Below, in pieces: positions 37,933 to 47,966 of a stretch of 64,000 nucleotides of DNA (the stretch's first letter is position 1; each line of letters starts with the position of its first letter). The position numbers and the translations under genes are program-made. This DNA is from Clostridium sp. (GTDB lineage Bacteria; Bacillota; Clostridia; TANB77; CAG-508). The notes under the pieces are model-generated. The model saw only the letters and a program-made list of their open reading frames with translations, was not told the origin of the DNA and made no database searches. The stretch spans positions 27,820 to 91,819 of the forward strand of contig JAHAKD010000007.1 of assembly GCA_018371855.1 (NCBI GenBank). The letters run 5' to 3'.

Positions 37933-38694
37933 GTGATAGGGGAAAATATAAAAAAATTAAATGAAGAGTATTATATTTTTATTCAAAAAGGAGTATTAAA
38001 GAATTTTATTGATTCTAAGAAAAATGAGTTTTATCAAATTATTACAATAAAAGATAAGAAAAATAAAATAAAATTAAAAGAACTACCGGTGTTATTTAGC
38101 ATACAAATAGAAAAAGGGACAAATTTAAAAAATATAATAAAAAACATTCAAAAGATATTAAAAAAATGCTATAGAAAGAAGCTTGATATAGGAATTAAAT
38201 TTAAAGAAAAGAAAATAATAGGTGAGCTTATAGATGATAGTACTCAAGAAAGCAAAACAGATATAATAAAATGTTTAAAAGCAGTTTTTATTAAAGAAAA
38301 AAGGGAAAAAATAGAATATATTTATGACCAAGTATGTGAAAATTTAGATGAAGAATTTGCTAAAAAAAATTATTGCGATTTTAAAGATGATGTATGTATA
38401 GGAAAAAGAAATTGTAGTGAAAGAGTAACAATGGGCTGTTGCCATAAATTTAAGCATCCAATAACCATGAATGGAGAATTAATGGAATGTCCATATTTAG
38501 TAAATAAGCATTGTTCTACCCAATGTATTACTTGTAAGCTATTTACTTGTGATGCAATTAAAGTAAAATTTAAACTAAAGGATATCCCACTTATAGAATG
38601 TTTTTTTAATCCAATTCAAAAATTAATTGTAAAAACTAATTTTTTTACTAAGAGGGAAAAGATTATTGATAGATTAGTATTATTTTGTATGTAA
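37933..38694 (+). CDS. Hypothetical lysine-rich protein with a C-terminal poly-Cys region (12 Cys within about 90 aa)
   Basis: A GTG start sits after AGAGGGG. The C-terminal region is …NYCDFKDDVCIGKRNCSERVTMGCCHKFKHPITMNGELMECPYLVNKHCSTQCITCKLFTCDA…. Confidence 0.5.
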   Translation: MIGENIKKLNEEYYIFIQKGVLKNFIDSKKNEFYQIITIKDKKNKIKLKELPVLFSIQIEKGTNLKNIIKNIQKILKKCYRKKLDIGIKFKEKKIIGELIDDSTQESKTDIIKCLKAVFIKEKREKIEYIYDQVCENLDEEFAKKNYCDFKDDVCIGKRNCSERVTMGCCHKFKHPITMNGELMECPYLVNKHCSTQCITCKLFTCDAIKVKFKLKDIPLIECFFNPIQKLIVKTNFFTKREKIIDRLVLFCM

Positions 38695-38741
38695 ATTAAA
38701 TATTTAGATTATTAGGGGGCAAATTATTTTGCTCTTTTTTA

Positions 38742-38771
38742 TTGACAGGCAAGAACAAATGTTTTATAATA
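38742..38771 (+). promoter_or_regulatory. Consensus sigma-A promoter (TTGACA–17–TATAAT) with an embedded LexA/Cheo-box-like site AGAACAAATGTTTT
   Basis: TTGACAggcaAGAACAAATGTTTTATAAT; GAAC-N4-GTTT resembles the Firmicute LexA box GAAC-N4-GTTC. Confidence 0.55.
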
Positions 38772-38786
38772 GCGATGGTGAAATAA

Positions 38787-39992
38787 ATGGAAAGAGAAAT
38801 ATTACATGTTGATGTAAATAATGCTTTTTTATCATGGCTGGCGGTATATAAATTAGAATGTGGCGAAAAGCTGGACATAAGAACGATTCCATCAATAATC
38901 GGTGGGGATGAAAAACAACGACATGGAATTGTTCTAGCCAAGAGCAATTTGGCAAAACAATTTGGGATAAAAACAGGAGAACCACTATATAGTGCCAGGA
39001 AAAAATGTCCTACAATAAAAATTTACGAAAGTAATTTTAAAGTTTATAGAAAATATTCAGATATGTTGTATAAATTATTGCTAGAATATTCATATAAAGT
39101 AGAAAGATTTTCTATAGATGAATGTTTTGTAGACATGACGGAATTCTTAAATGGCAGAAAATTAATAGATGTTGCATACGAAATTAGTAAAAGGGTAAAA
39201 GAAGAATTAAAATTTACAGTTAATATTGGTGTTGCACATAATAAATTATTAGCTAAAATGGCTTCAGATTTTCAAAAACCAGATAGAGTACATACATTAT
39301 ACGAAAAAGAAATTCCAAGAAAAATGTGGACATTACCAATATCTGAATTGTTTATGGTAGGAAGAAGAACGCTTCCTAAATTATATAATATGAATGTAAA
39401 AACAATAGAAGATTTGGCTAAGGTAGATAAAAATTTACTAATAAAAAAATTTGGTAAATTTGGTAAAACTATGTGGGAATATGCCAACGGAATAGATGAG
39501 CCCGAAGTTGTATATACATATCAAAAACCAAAGTGTGTAGGAAATTCCACTACAGTATCACAAGATATAAATGATATAGAAAAAATAGAAGAAGTTTTAT
39601 TAGCACTTACAGAGCATACAACATATAGGTTAAGAAAAATAAAGATGCTTTGTAATGTTGTAAGTGTACAGCTTAGAACAAGTGAATTTAAAAATTATTC
39701 ACATCAAAGAAAACTTGACTTTTCAACGAATTCAACTAAAGAAATATTTAATGCTGCAAAACAATTGGTAAGGCAATTATACAAAGGTGAGCCTATTAGA
39801 TTGATTGGAATTCGAGTAGATAATTTATGTGAAGAAGATGAAAAGCAAATTTCAATATTTGAAAATAATTACACTAAAAAACAAGAAAAATTAGATAAAG
39901 TAGTGGATTTAATTAAAGATAAATATGGGTACGAAACTATAACTAGAGCTGGTGATATGAAACATACTAAAAATATAAATAGAAAAGATTAG
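38787..39992 (+). CDS. dinB: DNA polymerase IV (Y-family translesion polymerase)
   Basis: ILHVDVNNAFLS… the typical UmuC/DinB N-terminus; …SIDECFVDMTE catalytic region. Confidence 0.88.
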   Translation: MEREILHVDVNNAFLSWLAVYKLECGEKLDIRTIPSIIGGDEKQRHGIVLAKSNLAKQFGIKTGEPLYSARKKCPTIKIYESNFKVYRKYSDMLYKLLLEYSYKVERFSIDECFVDMTEFLNGRKLIDVAYEISKRVKEELKFTVNIGVAHNKLLAKMASDFQKPDRVHTLYEKEIPRKMWTLPISELFMVGRRTLPKLYNMNVKTIEDLAKVDKNLLIKKFGKFGKTMWEYANGIDEPEVVYTYQKPKCVGNSTTVSQDINDIEKIEEVLLALTEHTTYRLRKIKMLCNVVSVQLRTSEFKNYSHQRKLDFSTNSTKEIFNAAKQLVRQLYKGEPIRLIGIRVDNLCEEDEKQISIFENNYTKKQEKLDKVVDLIKDKYGYETITRAGDMKHTKNINRKD

Positions 39993-40047
39993 ATATTGCA
40001 AAAACAAAATATATAGTATAAAATCTTTTAAAAAACGGAGGCAAAAA

Positions 40048-40896
40048 ATGACAGAAATAATAGATGGAAAAGGTTTAGCAAAAAAGATTAGAGAAAATCT
40101 AAAAAAAGATGTAGATGAGTTAAAAAAGGAAGGTATTAAACCAAAATTTGCAGTCATTTTAGTTGGAGATGACCCAGCATCAAAAATATATGTAAGAAAT
40201 AAAAATAAAGCTTGTAATGAAATTGGTATAGAATATGAAGAACATTTACTACCAGAAAATACAACAATGGAAGAATTATTAGCTTTAATAGATGAATTAA
40301 ATAATGATAAAAGTATTAATGGTGTATTATTACAAAGTCCATTACCTAAACATTTGGACATAAACGAAGCGTTTAAAAAAATAGACTATAGAAAAGATGT
40401 GGATGGATTTAATCCAATAAATGTAGGAAAATTAGCTTTAGGGCAAGATTGTTTTGTTTCTTGTACGCCTTATGGTATTGTAAAGATGATAGAAGAATAT
40501 AACATACCAACAGAAGGTAAAAAAGCAGTTATAATTGGTAGAAGCAATATAGTAGGAAAGCCATTAATACAATGTCTTCTAGCAAAAAATGCAACAGTTA
40601 CTATATGTCATTCTAAAACAAAAGAAATCGATAAAATTACAAAGGATGCAGATCTAATTGTAACTGCAATGGGAAAGCCAAAGTTTTTAAAGGCAGATAT
40701 GGTGAAAGAAGGTGCTACAGTTATTGATGTAGGAATTAATAGAATGGAAAATGGTAAGATAACAGGAGATGTAGATTTTGAGGAAGTTTCTAAAAAAACA
40801 TCATATATAACACCAGTTCCGGGGGGAGTTGGTCCTATGACAATAGCAATGCTTATGAATAATATCGTAAAAGCAGCAAAAAATCAAAGTAAATAG
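40048..40896 (+). CDS. folD: Bifunctional methylenetetrahydrofolate dehydrogenase/cyclohydrolase
   Basis: MTEIIDGKGLAKKIRENLK…FAVILVGDDPASKIYVRNK. Confidence 0.93.
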   Translation: MTEIIDGKGLAKKIRENLKKDVDELKKEGIKPKFAVILVGDDPASKIYVRNKNKACNEIGIEYEEHLLPENTTMEELLALIDELNNDKSINGVLLQSPLPKHLDINEAFKKIDYRKDVDGFNPINVGKLALGQDCFVSCTPYGIVKMIEEYNIPTEGKKAVIIGRSNIVGKPLIQCLLAKNATVTICHSKTKEIDKITKDADLIVTAMGKPKFLKADMVKEGATVIDVGINRMENGKITGDVDFEEVSKKTSYITPVPGGVGPMTIAMLMNNIVKAAKNQSK

Positions 40897-40918
40897 TAAA
40901 AGGGTTTATATATAAATA

Positions 40919-40950
40919 AAGGGGGAAGTTTTTACTTCTCCTTTTGTGCT
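40919..40950 (+). terminator. Rho-independent terminator
   Basis: GGGGGAAGTttttACTTCTCCTTTTGTGCTTTTTT. Confidence 0.65.
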
Positions 40951-40965
40951 TTTTTAGGAGGTTAT

Positions 40966-41808
40966 ATGACTTATAAAGAATTAGTTAATTGGATCATGTT
41001 AGCAGAATATAAAAAAATTACAAATAAAAAGAAAATAGAGTTATTACATACTTATAAGAATATAAATGAAATATGTAGTATTTTTAATTTAAATCAGGAG
41101 GAGAAGATAGATAAATACATTAAGTATATGCAAGAAAAAAATATACAAATTATAAGCTATTATGATAAAACGTATCCACAACAATTAAAAAATTTATATG
41201 ATGCACCAATTGTAATATATGCAATTGGAAATTGTAGAATTTTAAATAGTAAAAATAAAATTGCTGTTATTGGAGCAAGAAAAGCGAGTAACTATGGTAT
41301 AAATATTGCTAGGCAAATAGGGATTTTTTTATCTAAGAATAATATTCATACAATAAGTGGTTTAGCATTAGGGATTGATGTTAATTCTCATTTAGGAGTA
41401 TTAAAAGAAAATTCACTAAATAGTGCATCGGGTAGAGCAATAGCTGTTATAGGAAATGGATTAGATAATATATATCCATATCAGAATAAAGAAATTGCTG
41501 AAAAAATAATAAATAGTGGTGGCTGTATTATTTCCGAATATATTATAGGTACTAAACCATTAAAAAATAATTTTCCAGCAAGAAATAGGATAATAAGTGC
41601 TTTGGCAGACAAGCTGATAGTTGTAGAAGCAGAAAATGAAAAAAGTGGAACAATGATAACAGTAGATTTTTCTTTAGAATTAGGAAAAGAAATATATGTT
41701 GTTCCAGGTAATATTAACAGTAAAATGTCAGTAGGAACAAATAAATTAATAAAAGATGGTGCGAAGATTATAACTGAATTTAATGATATAATAGATGAAG
41801 ATTATTAA
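40966..41808 (+). CDS. dprA: DNA processing protein DprA/Smf (short form)
   Basis: IAVIGARKASNYGINIARQIG…GLALGIDVNSH Rossmann-like core; 280 aa. Confidence 0.8.
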   Translation: MTYKELVNWIMLAEYKKITNKKKIELLHTYKNINEICSIFNLNQEEKIDKYIKYMQEKNIQIISYYDKTYPQQLKNLYDAPIVIYAIGNCRILNSKNKIAVIGARKASNYGINIARQIGIFLSKNNIHTISGLALGIDVNSHLGVLKENSLNSASGRAIAVIGNGLDNIYPYQNKEIAEKIINSGGCIISEYIIGTKPLKNNFPARNRIISALADKLIVVEAENEKSGTMITVDFSLELGKEIYVVPGNINSKMSVGTNKLIKDGAKIITEFNDIIDEDY

Positions 41809-41889
41809 AATTTACTTAAAAAACTTTATCTTTTATAAATTTTATAATATAATATTCATGATTTAAGTTTTTGCTTAAGGAGGGTAAAA

Positions 41890-44421
41890 ATGGGGAGTAA
41901 AGATATAAAAGAAAAAAGTAATAAAAAAAGAAAAAGTACCCATTCTAAAGGTAAGAGTGAAAAAGTAAAAAATCCAAGAAGAAAGAAAATATTAAAAATC
42001 ATATTAATTATTTTTGTATTATTTATTATTGCAATAGCAGGAGTATGTGCAGGAATATTTTTTGGACTTTTTGGTGATGATTTTAAAATTACTAAAGAAG
42101 ATTTAATTATCGAAAATATGAATACAGTAGTACTAGATAAAGATGGCAATGAAATTGCTAATTTATCAGGTGAAGAAAATAGAACTGTAGTATCAAAGGA
42201 AGAAATGCCAGAATATCTACCAAAAGCATTTGTTTCGATAGAAGACGAAAGATTTTATCAACATCATGGTGTAGATATAAAAAGAACACTTGGAGCAACA
42301 TTCCAATATATTATTAATGGCGGATCATCTTCATATGGTGGAAGTACAATAACACAACAATTAGTTAAAAACTTAACAGCAGATAAAGATGATACTGGTG
42401 TTGCAGGAATGATAAGAAAAGTAAAAGAAATGTCAAAGGCATATCAAGTAGAAAGACTAATATCTAAAGACCAAATATTAGAACTTTATTTAAATATTAT
42501 CTTTTTAGGAGATAAAGCATATGGTGTAGAAGTTGCATCAAAATATTATTTTAATAAATCTTGTAAAGACTTAGATTTAGCAGAATGTGCATTTTTGGCT
42601 GGTATAAATCATTCGCCAAATGCATATAAACCATTCGACACAGATAATGCAGAAATGCAAGAAAAAATAAAGAATAGAACGAAGACAGTTTTAATGAAGA
42701 TGAAAGAACTAGGAGCAATAACTAGTGACGAAGAATATAATGCAGCAGTAGAGGAAGTTAACAATGGCCTAGCTTTTAATAAAGGTGAGACAACAACAAA
42801 TGCAGCAAATTATTCTTATCATACAGCAGCAGCTATAAATCAAGTAAAAAATGATTTAATGGAAAAGAACAACTGGAATGCGGAATTTGCAGATTTACAA
42901 CTTAGAAGTAAAGGATATGTGATTTATTCAACAGAAGATGCTGCAATTCAAACAACAATGGAAGAAGAATTCAAGAAAACAGACAAATATCAAAGAACTA
43001 GAAAAAATGATAATGGTGAAACAATAAAATCTCAAGCTGCAATGGTTGTAATAGATCATAAAACAGGGCAAGTAGTTGGAACTGTTGGAGGCCTTGGAAC
43101 AGATGTTAATGCAGCAGGATTTAACAGGGCAACACAAGCATATAGGCAACCCGGTTCTACAATAAAACCAATAGCTGTAATAGCTCCTGGATTAGAAAAT
43201 AAGGTTATAACTGCCGGAACCGTATATGCAGACGTTAAAACAAATTTCGGAACAGAAGCTAATCCATATGAACCTAAAAATGATTCAGGTAATTTTGAAG
43301 GTTCTATGACAATGAGAGAGGCAATTGCAAGATCACAAAACATACCTAACGTAAAAGCTATGTCAGAAATTGGACCATTAAATTCAATCAATTTCTTAAG
43401 AGAGATTGGAGTAAGCAAACTTGTTACAGCAAGTGAAAATAAAAAACATAATGATGAAGCTGTTCAATTAGCTTTAGGAGGAATAACAAATGGTATAAGT
43501 CCATTAGAAATGGCAGAAGCATATGCAATGATTGCAAATGATGGGGAATATATAGAACCAACATTCTATACAAAAGTAGAAGATAGAAATGGTAATGTAG
43601 TTTTAGAGCCAGAACAAGAAAGAAAACAAGTTATGACAGAACAAAATGCATATATTTTACAATCTATCTTAACAGCACCAGTTACAGAAAGTTATGGTAC
43701 AGCAACATATTGTGCGATTTCCGGAATGGATGTTGCTGCAAAGACTGGTACAACTAACGATTCAAAAGATAGATGGCTTTGCGGATTTACACCATATTAT
43801 ACAGCTGCAACTTGGTATGGTTATGATGAAAATAAAGAAGTAAATTATAGAGGAAGAAATCCCGCAGGACAAATTTGGGATGCTATAATGACAAGTATAA
43901 ATAAAGATTTAGAGAGCGCAAGATTTGAGGAACCAAGTGGAATTGTAACAAAGAGAATTTGTAGAGATACAGGATTACTTGCAAGTTCTAAATGTTCAGA
44001 TACATATAATGAAATTTTTGTAAGTGGTACAGAACCAACTGAAACTTGTGATGGTGGAAGAACTACTGTTACATTGTGTTCTGAGTCAGGAAATATTGCA
44101 ACAGAATATTGTCCAAGTACATATACAAGGACATATACAACAATCCCTGAAAGGGAGAAAAATGCTAAATGGAAATCTGATTACAGTGGTTACTATGGAA
44201 ATGCTCCAACACAACAATGTACTATTCATACAAAGCCTGTAGAGGAACCAAAACCACCAACAAATACAGTTGATAATACTGTTACTACACCACCATCATC
44301 AGACAATGAAACTTCAGGAGGAGAAACTAATCCACCAGAGTCAGGCGGAGGTTCATCAGGAGGAACTGATAATTCTATATCAGGCGGAGGAACAGAACCA
44401 CCAGCTACGACAACAGAATAG
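41890..44421 (+). CDS. Class A penicillin-binding protein (PBP1A; glycosyltransferase plus transpeptidase) with a Ser/Gly/Thr/Pro-rich C-terminal tail
   Basis: GT51 motif EDERFYQHHGVD; transpeptidase SxxK-type region (GSTIKP); TM anchor. Confidence 0.9.
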   Translation: MGSKDIKEKSNKKRKSTHSKGKSEKVKNPRRKKILKIILIIFVLFIIAIAGVCAGIFFGLFGDDFKITKEDLIIENMNTVVLDKDGNEIANLSGEENRTVVSKEEMPEYLPKAFVSIEDERFYQHHGVDIKRTLGATFQYIINGGSSSYGGSTITQQLVKNLTADKDDTGVAGMIRKVKEMSKAYQVERLISKDQILELYLNIIFLGDKAYGVEVASKYYFNKSCKDLDLAECAFLAGINHSPNAYKPFDTDNAEMQEKIKNRTKTVLMKMKELGAITSDEEYNAAVEEVNNGLAFNKGETTTNAANYSYHTAAAINQVKNDLMEKNNWNAEFADLQLRSKGYVIYSTEDAAIQTTMEEEFKKTDKYQRTRKNDNGETIKSQAAMVVIDHKTGQVVGTVGGLGTDVNAAGFNRATQAYRQPGSTIKPIAVIAPGLENKVITAGTVYADVKTNFGTEANPYEPKNDSGNFEGSMTMREAIARSQNIPNVKAMSEIGPLNSINFLREIGVSKLVTASENKKHNDEAVQLALGGITNGISPLEMAEAYAMIANDGEYIEPTFYTKVEDRNGNVVLEPEQERKQVMTEQNAYILQSILTAPVTESYGTATYCAISGMDVAAKTGTTNDSKDRWLCGFTPYYTAATWYGYDENKEVNYRGRNPAGQIWDAIMTSINKDLESARFEEPSGIVTKRICRDTGLLASSKCSDTYNEIFVSGTEPTETCDGGRTTVTLCSESGNIATEYCPSTYTRTYTTIPEREKNAKWKSDYSGYYGNAPTQQCTIHTKPVEEPKPPTNTVDNTVTTPPSSDNETSGGETNPPESGGGSSGGTDNSISGGGTEPPATTTE

Positions 44422-44505
44422 TGTATGATAAAACAGAAGAAAACATCCTAAAAGAGATACTTTTAAGATGTTTTCTTAATAATATAAATAATGAAGGAGG
44501 CTACT

Positions 44506-45885
44506 ATGGATATATATTTTTATAATACATTAACACACTCAAAGGATAAATTTAAACCGATAGATGAACAAGAGGTAAAAATATATTCTTGTGGTCCAAC
44601 AGTGTATAAAGATGCAACAATTGGTAATATGAGAACAAATATATTTCAAGATAATTTAAGAAGAACATTAGAATATAATGGTTATAAAGTAAAACAAGCT
44701 ATGAATATAACAGATGTTGGACATTTAGTTTCTGATGGTGATGAAGGTGAAGACAAGATGATAAAGTCGGCAAAACAAGAAGGAAAAACACCATTAGAAA
44801 TAGCGAATTATTATACAAAATTATTTTTTAGAGATTTAGAGAGATTAAATGTTGAGATTCCAGAAATTATTTGCAAAGCAACAGATAATATTCAAGATAT
44901 GTTAAAAGTAGTAGAAGAATTAGTAAAAAAAGGATATGCATATGAAACTTCAACAGCTATATATTTTGATATTTCTAAATTAGATAAATATCCAGTTTTA
45001 TCAAATTTAGATGTGGAAAATCAAAAAGCAGGTGCAAGAGTAGAAGTTGATACAGAAAAAAGAAACCCACATGATTTTGCTGTTTGGATTAAAGCACCAG
45101 AAAATCACCTTATGAAATGGGATAGCCCTTGGGGGCCAAGCTACCCCGGTTGGCATATAGAATGTTCTGTTATGAGTCAGAAATATTTAGGAGAAGTATT
45201 TGATATTCATACAGGTGGTATTGATTTAATTCCAACACATCATGAAAACGAAATAGCACAAAGTAAAGGAATGTGTGGAAAGATACCAGCTAATTACTGG
45301 ATGCATGGTGAGTTTTTACTAATAAATGGTGGAAAAATGTCAAAGAGCTTGGAAAATGTTTATTTATTACAAGATATAGTCGACAGAGGATATGATCCAT
45401 TAGTATATAAACTATTTTGCTATTCAATACAGTATAGAAAAAAATTAAATTTTACTTGGGAAGGAATGGATTCTGCCAAAATAGCATTAGAAAGACTAAG
45501 AGAAGCATATCAAAAACATGTAAATGGAACAGAAGATGTAGCAGAAGAGTTTATATCAAAATATGAAAAGGATTTTAATGAAGCAATAAATGATGATCTT
45601 AATATGCCGGTAGCAATGAGTGTTGTATGGGAAGTAGCAAAAAGAACAGAAAAATCTAAAAAATTAGCAGAATTATTAAAGAAATTTGATAAAGTTTTAG
45701 GTATTAAAATTGATGAATACAAAAAAGAAGAAATACCAGATGAGATAAAAGAATTATTAACGAAAAGAGCAGAAGCAAGAAAGAACAAAGCTTGGGCTGA
45801 GTCAGATAAAATAAGAGAGATAATAAAAGAAAAAGGATATATTGTTAAAGATTCAAAAGAAGGTCAAACAGTAGAAAAAATATAA
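44506..45885 (+). CDS. cysS: Cysteine--tRNA ligase
   Basis: HIECSVM… and KMSKSLEN motifs. GGAGG lies before the ATG at 44506; the track start at 44491 is probably too early. Confidence 0.9.
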   Translation: MDIYFYNTLTHSKDKFKPIDEQEVKIYSCGPTVYKDATIGNMRTNIFQDNLRRTLEYNGYKVKQAMNITDVGHLVSDGDEGEDKMIKSAKQEGKTPLEIANYYTKLFFRDLERLNVEIPEIICKATDNIQDMLKVVEELVKKGYAYETSTAIYFDISKLDKYPVLSNLDVENQKAGARVEVDTEKRNPHDFAVWIKAPENHLMKWDSPWGPSYPGWHIECSVMSQKYLGEVFDIHTGGIDLIPTHHENEIAQSKGMCGKIPANYWMHGEFLLINGGKMSKSLENVYLLQDIVDRGYDPLVYKLFCYSIQYRKKLNFTWEGMDSAKIALERLREAYQKHVNGTEDVAEEFISKYEKDFNEAINDDLNMPVAMSVVWEVAKRTEKSKKLAELLKKFDKVLGIKIDEYKKEEIPDEIKELLTKRAEARKNKAWAESDKIREIIKEKGYIVKDSKEGQTVEKI

Positions 45886-46058
45886 GAAAATATATGAAAA
45901 ACTAGAAAATACTTGCAAAGAGCATATTTGTTGTGTTATAATAATACTCGTTGAAAAAACACATAAAGCTAATTTAAGGAGAGTGCTTTACATAACAGTA
46001 AAGTTTCCAAAAATGATGACACTTTATGGAAGATTAAAACTAAGAGGAGGAATTTAAA

Positions 46059-46832
46059 ATGGCAGTAGTTGCAATGAAACAATTACTAGAAGCAGGTGTT
46101 CATTTCGGACATCAAACAAGAAGATGGGATCCAAGAATGGCTGAATATATTTTCCAAGCTAGAAATGGTATCCATATTATCGATTTACAAAAAACATCTA
46201 AAAAATTAGACGAAGCATATAGCTTTGTTAAAGAACAAGCTGAAGAAGGAAAAACAATTCTTTTCGTAGGAACTAAAAAACAAGCCCAAGAATGCGTAAA
46301 AGAAGCTGCAGAAAGATGTGGAATGTATTACGTAGATCAAAGATGGTTAGGAGGAATGTTAACAAACTTCAAAACTATCAGAACAAGAGTAGAAAGATTA
46401 AAAGAATTGGAAAAAATGCAAGAAGATGGAACTTTCGAAGTTCTACCTAAAAAAGAAGTAATCGTTCTTAAAAAAGAAATGGAAAAATTAGAAAAGAACT
46501 TAGGTGGAATAAAAGAAATGGAAAAACTTCCAGGAGTTTTATTCGTAGTAGATCCTAAAAAAGAAAGAACAGCTATATTAGAAGCTAAAAAATTAAATAT
46601 ACCAGTTGTAGGTTTAGTAGATACTAACTGCAATCCAGAAGATGTAGATTATGCAATCCCTGGAAATGATGATGCAATAAGAGCTGTTAAATTAATAGCA
46701 GACGTAGTTGCAAATGCAGTTATAGAAGGAAATCAAGGAGAAACTTTCGAAACATCAGCTTCAGAAGAACAAGTAGCTGAAAATACAGAAAAAAGTATGG
46801 AAGAAGTTGCTGAGGAAACAGTAGAAGAATAA
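46059..46832 (+). CDS. rpsB: 30S ribosomal protein S2
   Basis: [28 protein letters not shown] consensus promoter and a roughly 100-nt leader lie upstream. Confidence 0.95.
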   Translation: MAVVAMKQLLEAGVHFGHQTRRWDPRMAEYIFQARNGIHIIDLQKTSKKLDEAYSFVKEQAEEGKTILFVGTKKQAQECVKEAAERCGMYYVDQRWLGGMLTNFKTIRTRVERLKELEKMQEDGTFEVLPKKEVIVLKKEMEKLEKNLGGIKEMEKLPGVLFVVDPKKERTAILEAKKLNIPVVGLVDTNCNPEDVDYAIPGNDDAIRAVKLIADVVANAVIEGNQGETFETSASEEQVAENTEKSMEEVAEETVEE

Positions 46833-46958
46833 TAAATGAAAGGTGAGAAGATATAAAATATTAATTAAATCTAGAAATTGATGTTTTACATTCTCACTTT
46901 TTTTAGATAATAGTAAAAAATAGAATGATTAGTTCTATAAATAAAAGGAGGAATAAAA

Positions 46959-47837
46959 ATGATTACAGCTGCTCAAGTTAAAGAGTTAAGAGAAAAAACA
47001 GGTGCAGGAATGATGGACTGCAAAAAAGTTTTAACAGAAACAGATGGCGATATGGAAAAAGCAATAGAATTATTACGTGAAAGAGGTATTGCAAAAGCTG
47101 CAAAAAAATCTGGAAGAGTTGCAGCAGAAGGTTTAGTAGAATGCTATGTTTCAGAAGATGGAAAAGTTGGAGCTATAGTAGAAGTTAATGCAGAAACAGA
47201 CTTTGTTGCTAAGAACCAAGAATTTAGAGATTTTGTTATGAATGTAGCAAAACAAGTAGTAGAAAAAAATCCAGCAAATGTAGAAGAATTATTAGCACAA
47301 GAATCAATTTCAGAAGCAGGAAAAACAGTTCAAGAAGTTTTAACAAATAAAATAGCAACAATTGGAGAAAACATGAATATTCGTAGATTTGAAAGATTTG
47401 AAACAACAGGTATAGTAGAAAGATATATTCATGGTGACGGAAAAATAGCAGTTTTAGTAGAACTAACAAATGGAACAACTGAGCTTGCAAAAGATATATG
47501 TATGCAAATTGCAGCAGCAAGACCAGAATTTGTTAAAGATGCTGATGTACCAGAAGAAAGAGTACAAAAAGAAATGGAAATCTTAAAAGTACAAGCTATG
47601 AATGAAGGAAAACCAGAAGCTATAGCTGAAAAAATGGTACAAGGAAGATTAAAGAAATTCTATGCAGATATATGTTTAGTAGACCAAGAATTTGTAAAGA
47701 ATCCAGATAAGAAAATTTCTGATATATTAAAAGAAAATAATGCAGAAGTTATTAGATTTGCAAGATTTGAAAAAGGCGAAGGAATTGAAAAGAAAGAAGA
47801 AAACTTTGCAGAAGAAGTTGCAAAACAATTACAATAA
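46959..47837 (+). CDS. tsf: Elongation factor Ts
   Basis: MITAAQVKELREKTGAGMMDCKKVL. Confidence 0.95.
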   Translation: MITAAQVKELREKTGAGMMDCKKVLTETDGDMEKAIELLRERGIAKAAKKSGRVAAEGLVECYVSEDGKVGAIVEVNAETDFVAKNQEFRDFVMNVAKQVVEKNPANVEELLAQESISEAGKTVQEVLTNKIATIGENMNIRRFERFETTGIVERYIHGDGKIAVLVELTNGTTELAKDICMQIAAARPEFVKDADVPEERVQKEMEILKVQAMNEGKPEAIAEKMVQGRLKKFYADICLVDQEFVKNPDKKISDILKENNAEVIRFARFEKGEGIEKKEENFAEEVAKQLQ

Positions 47838-47849
47838 ATAGAGGTATAA

Positions 47850-47878
47850 AAGGGGCTAGAAATAGCCTCTTTTTGTGT
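47850..47878 (+). terminator. Rho-independent terminator
   Basis: AGGGGCTAgaaaTAGCCTCTTTTTGTG. Confidence 0.6.
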
Positions 47879-47966
47879 GCAAAAATATTTCTTAAAAAAA
47901 TCTTAAAAATGTATACTATATATATGTATTTGTAGTATAATAATAAAGAATTTTTAGGAGGGCGAT

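Noticed and set aside
45886-46058. Structured leader upstream of rpsB, a possible S2 autoregulatory element
   Set aside because: It is plausible from its position (a promoter at about 45925-45955 followed by a roughly 100-nt leader). I do not recognise a defined consensus and cannot fold it here, so I mention it only in passing.
47236-47520. Leu/Phe-rich 94-aa minus-strand ORF inside tsf
   Set aside because: It is antisense to EF-Ts and is a hydrophobic reverse-frame artefact.
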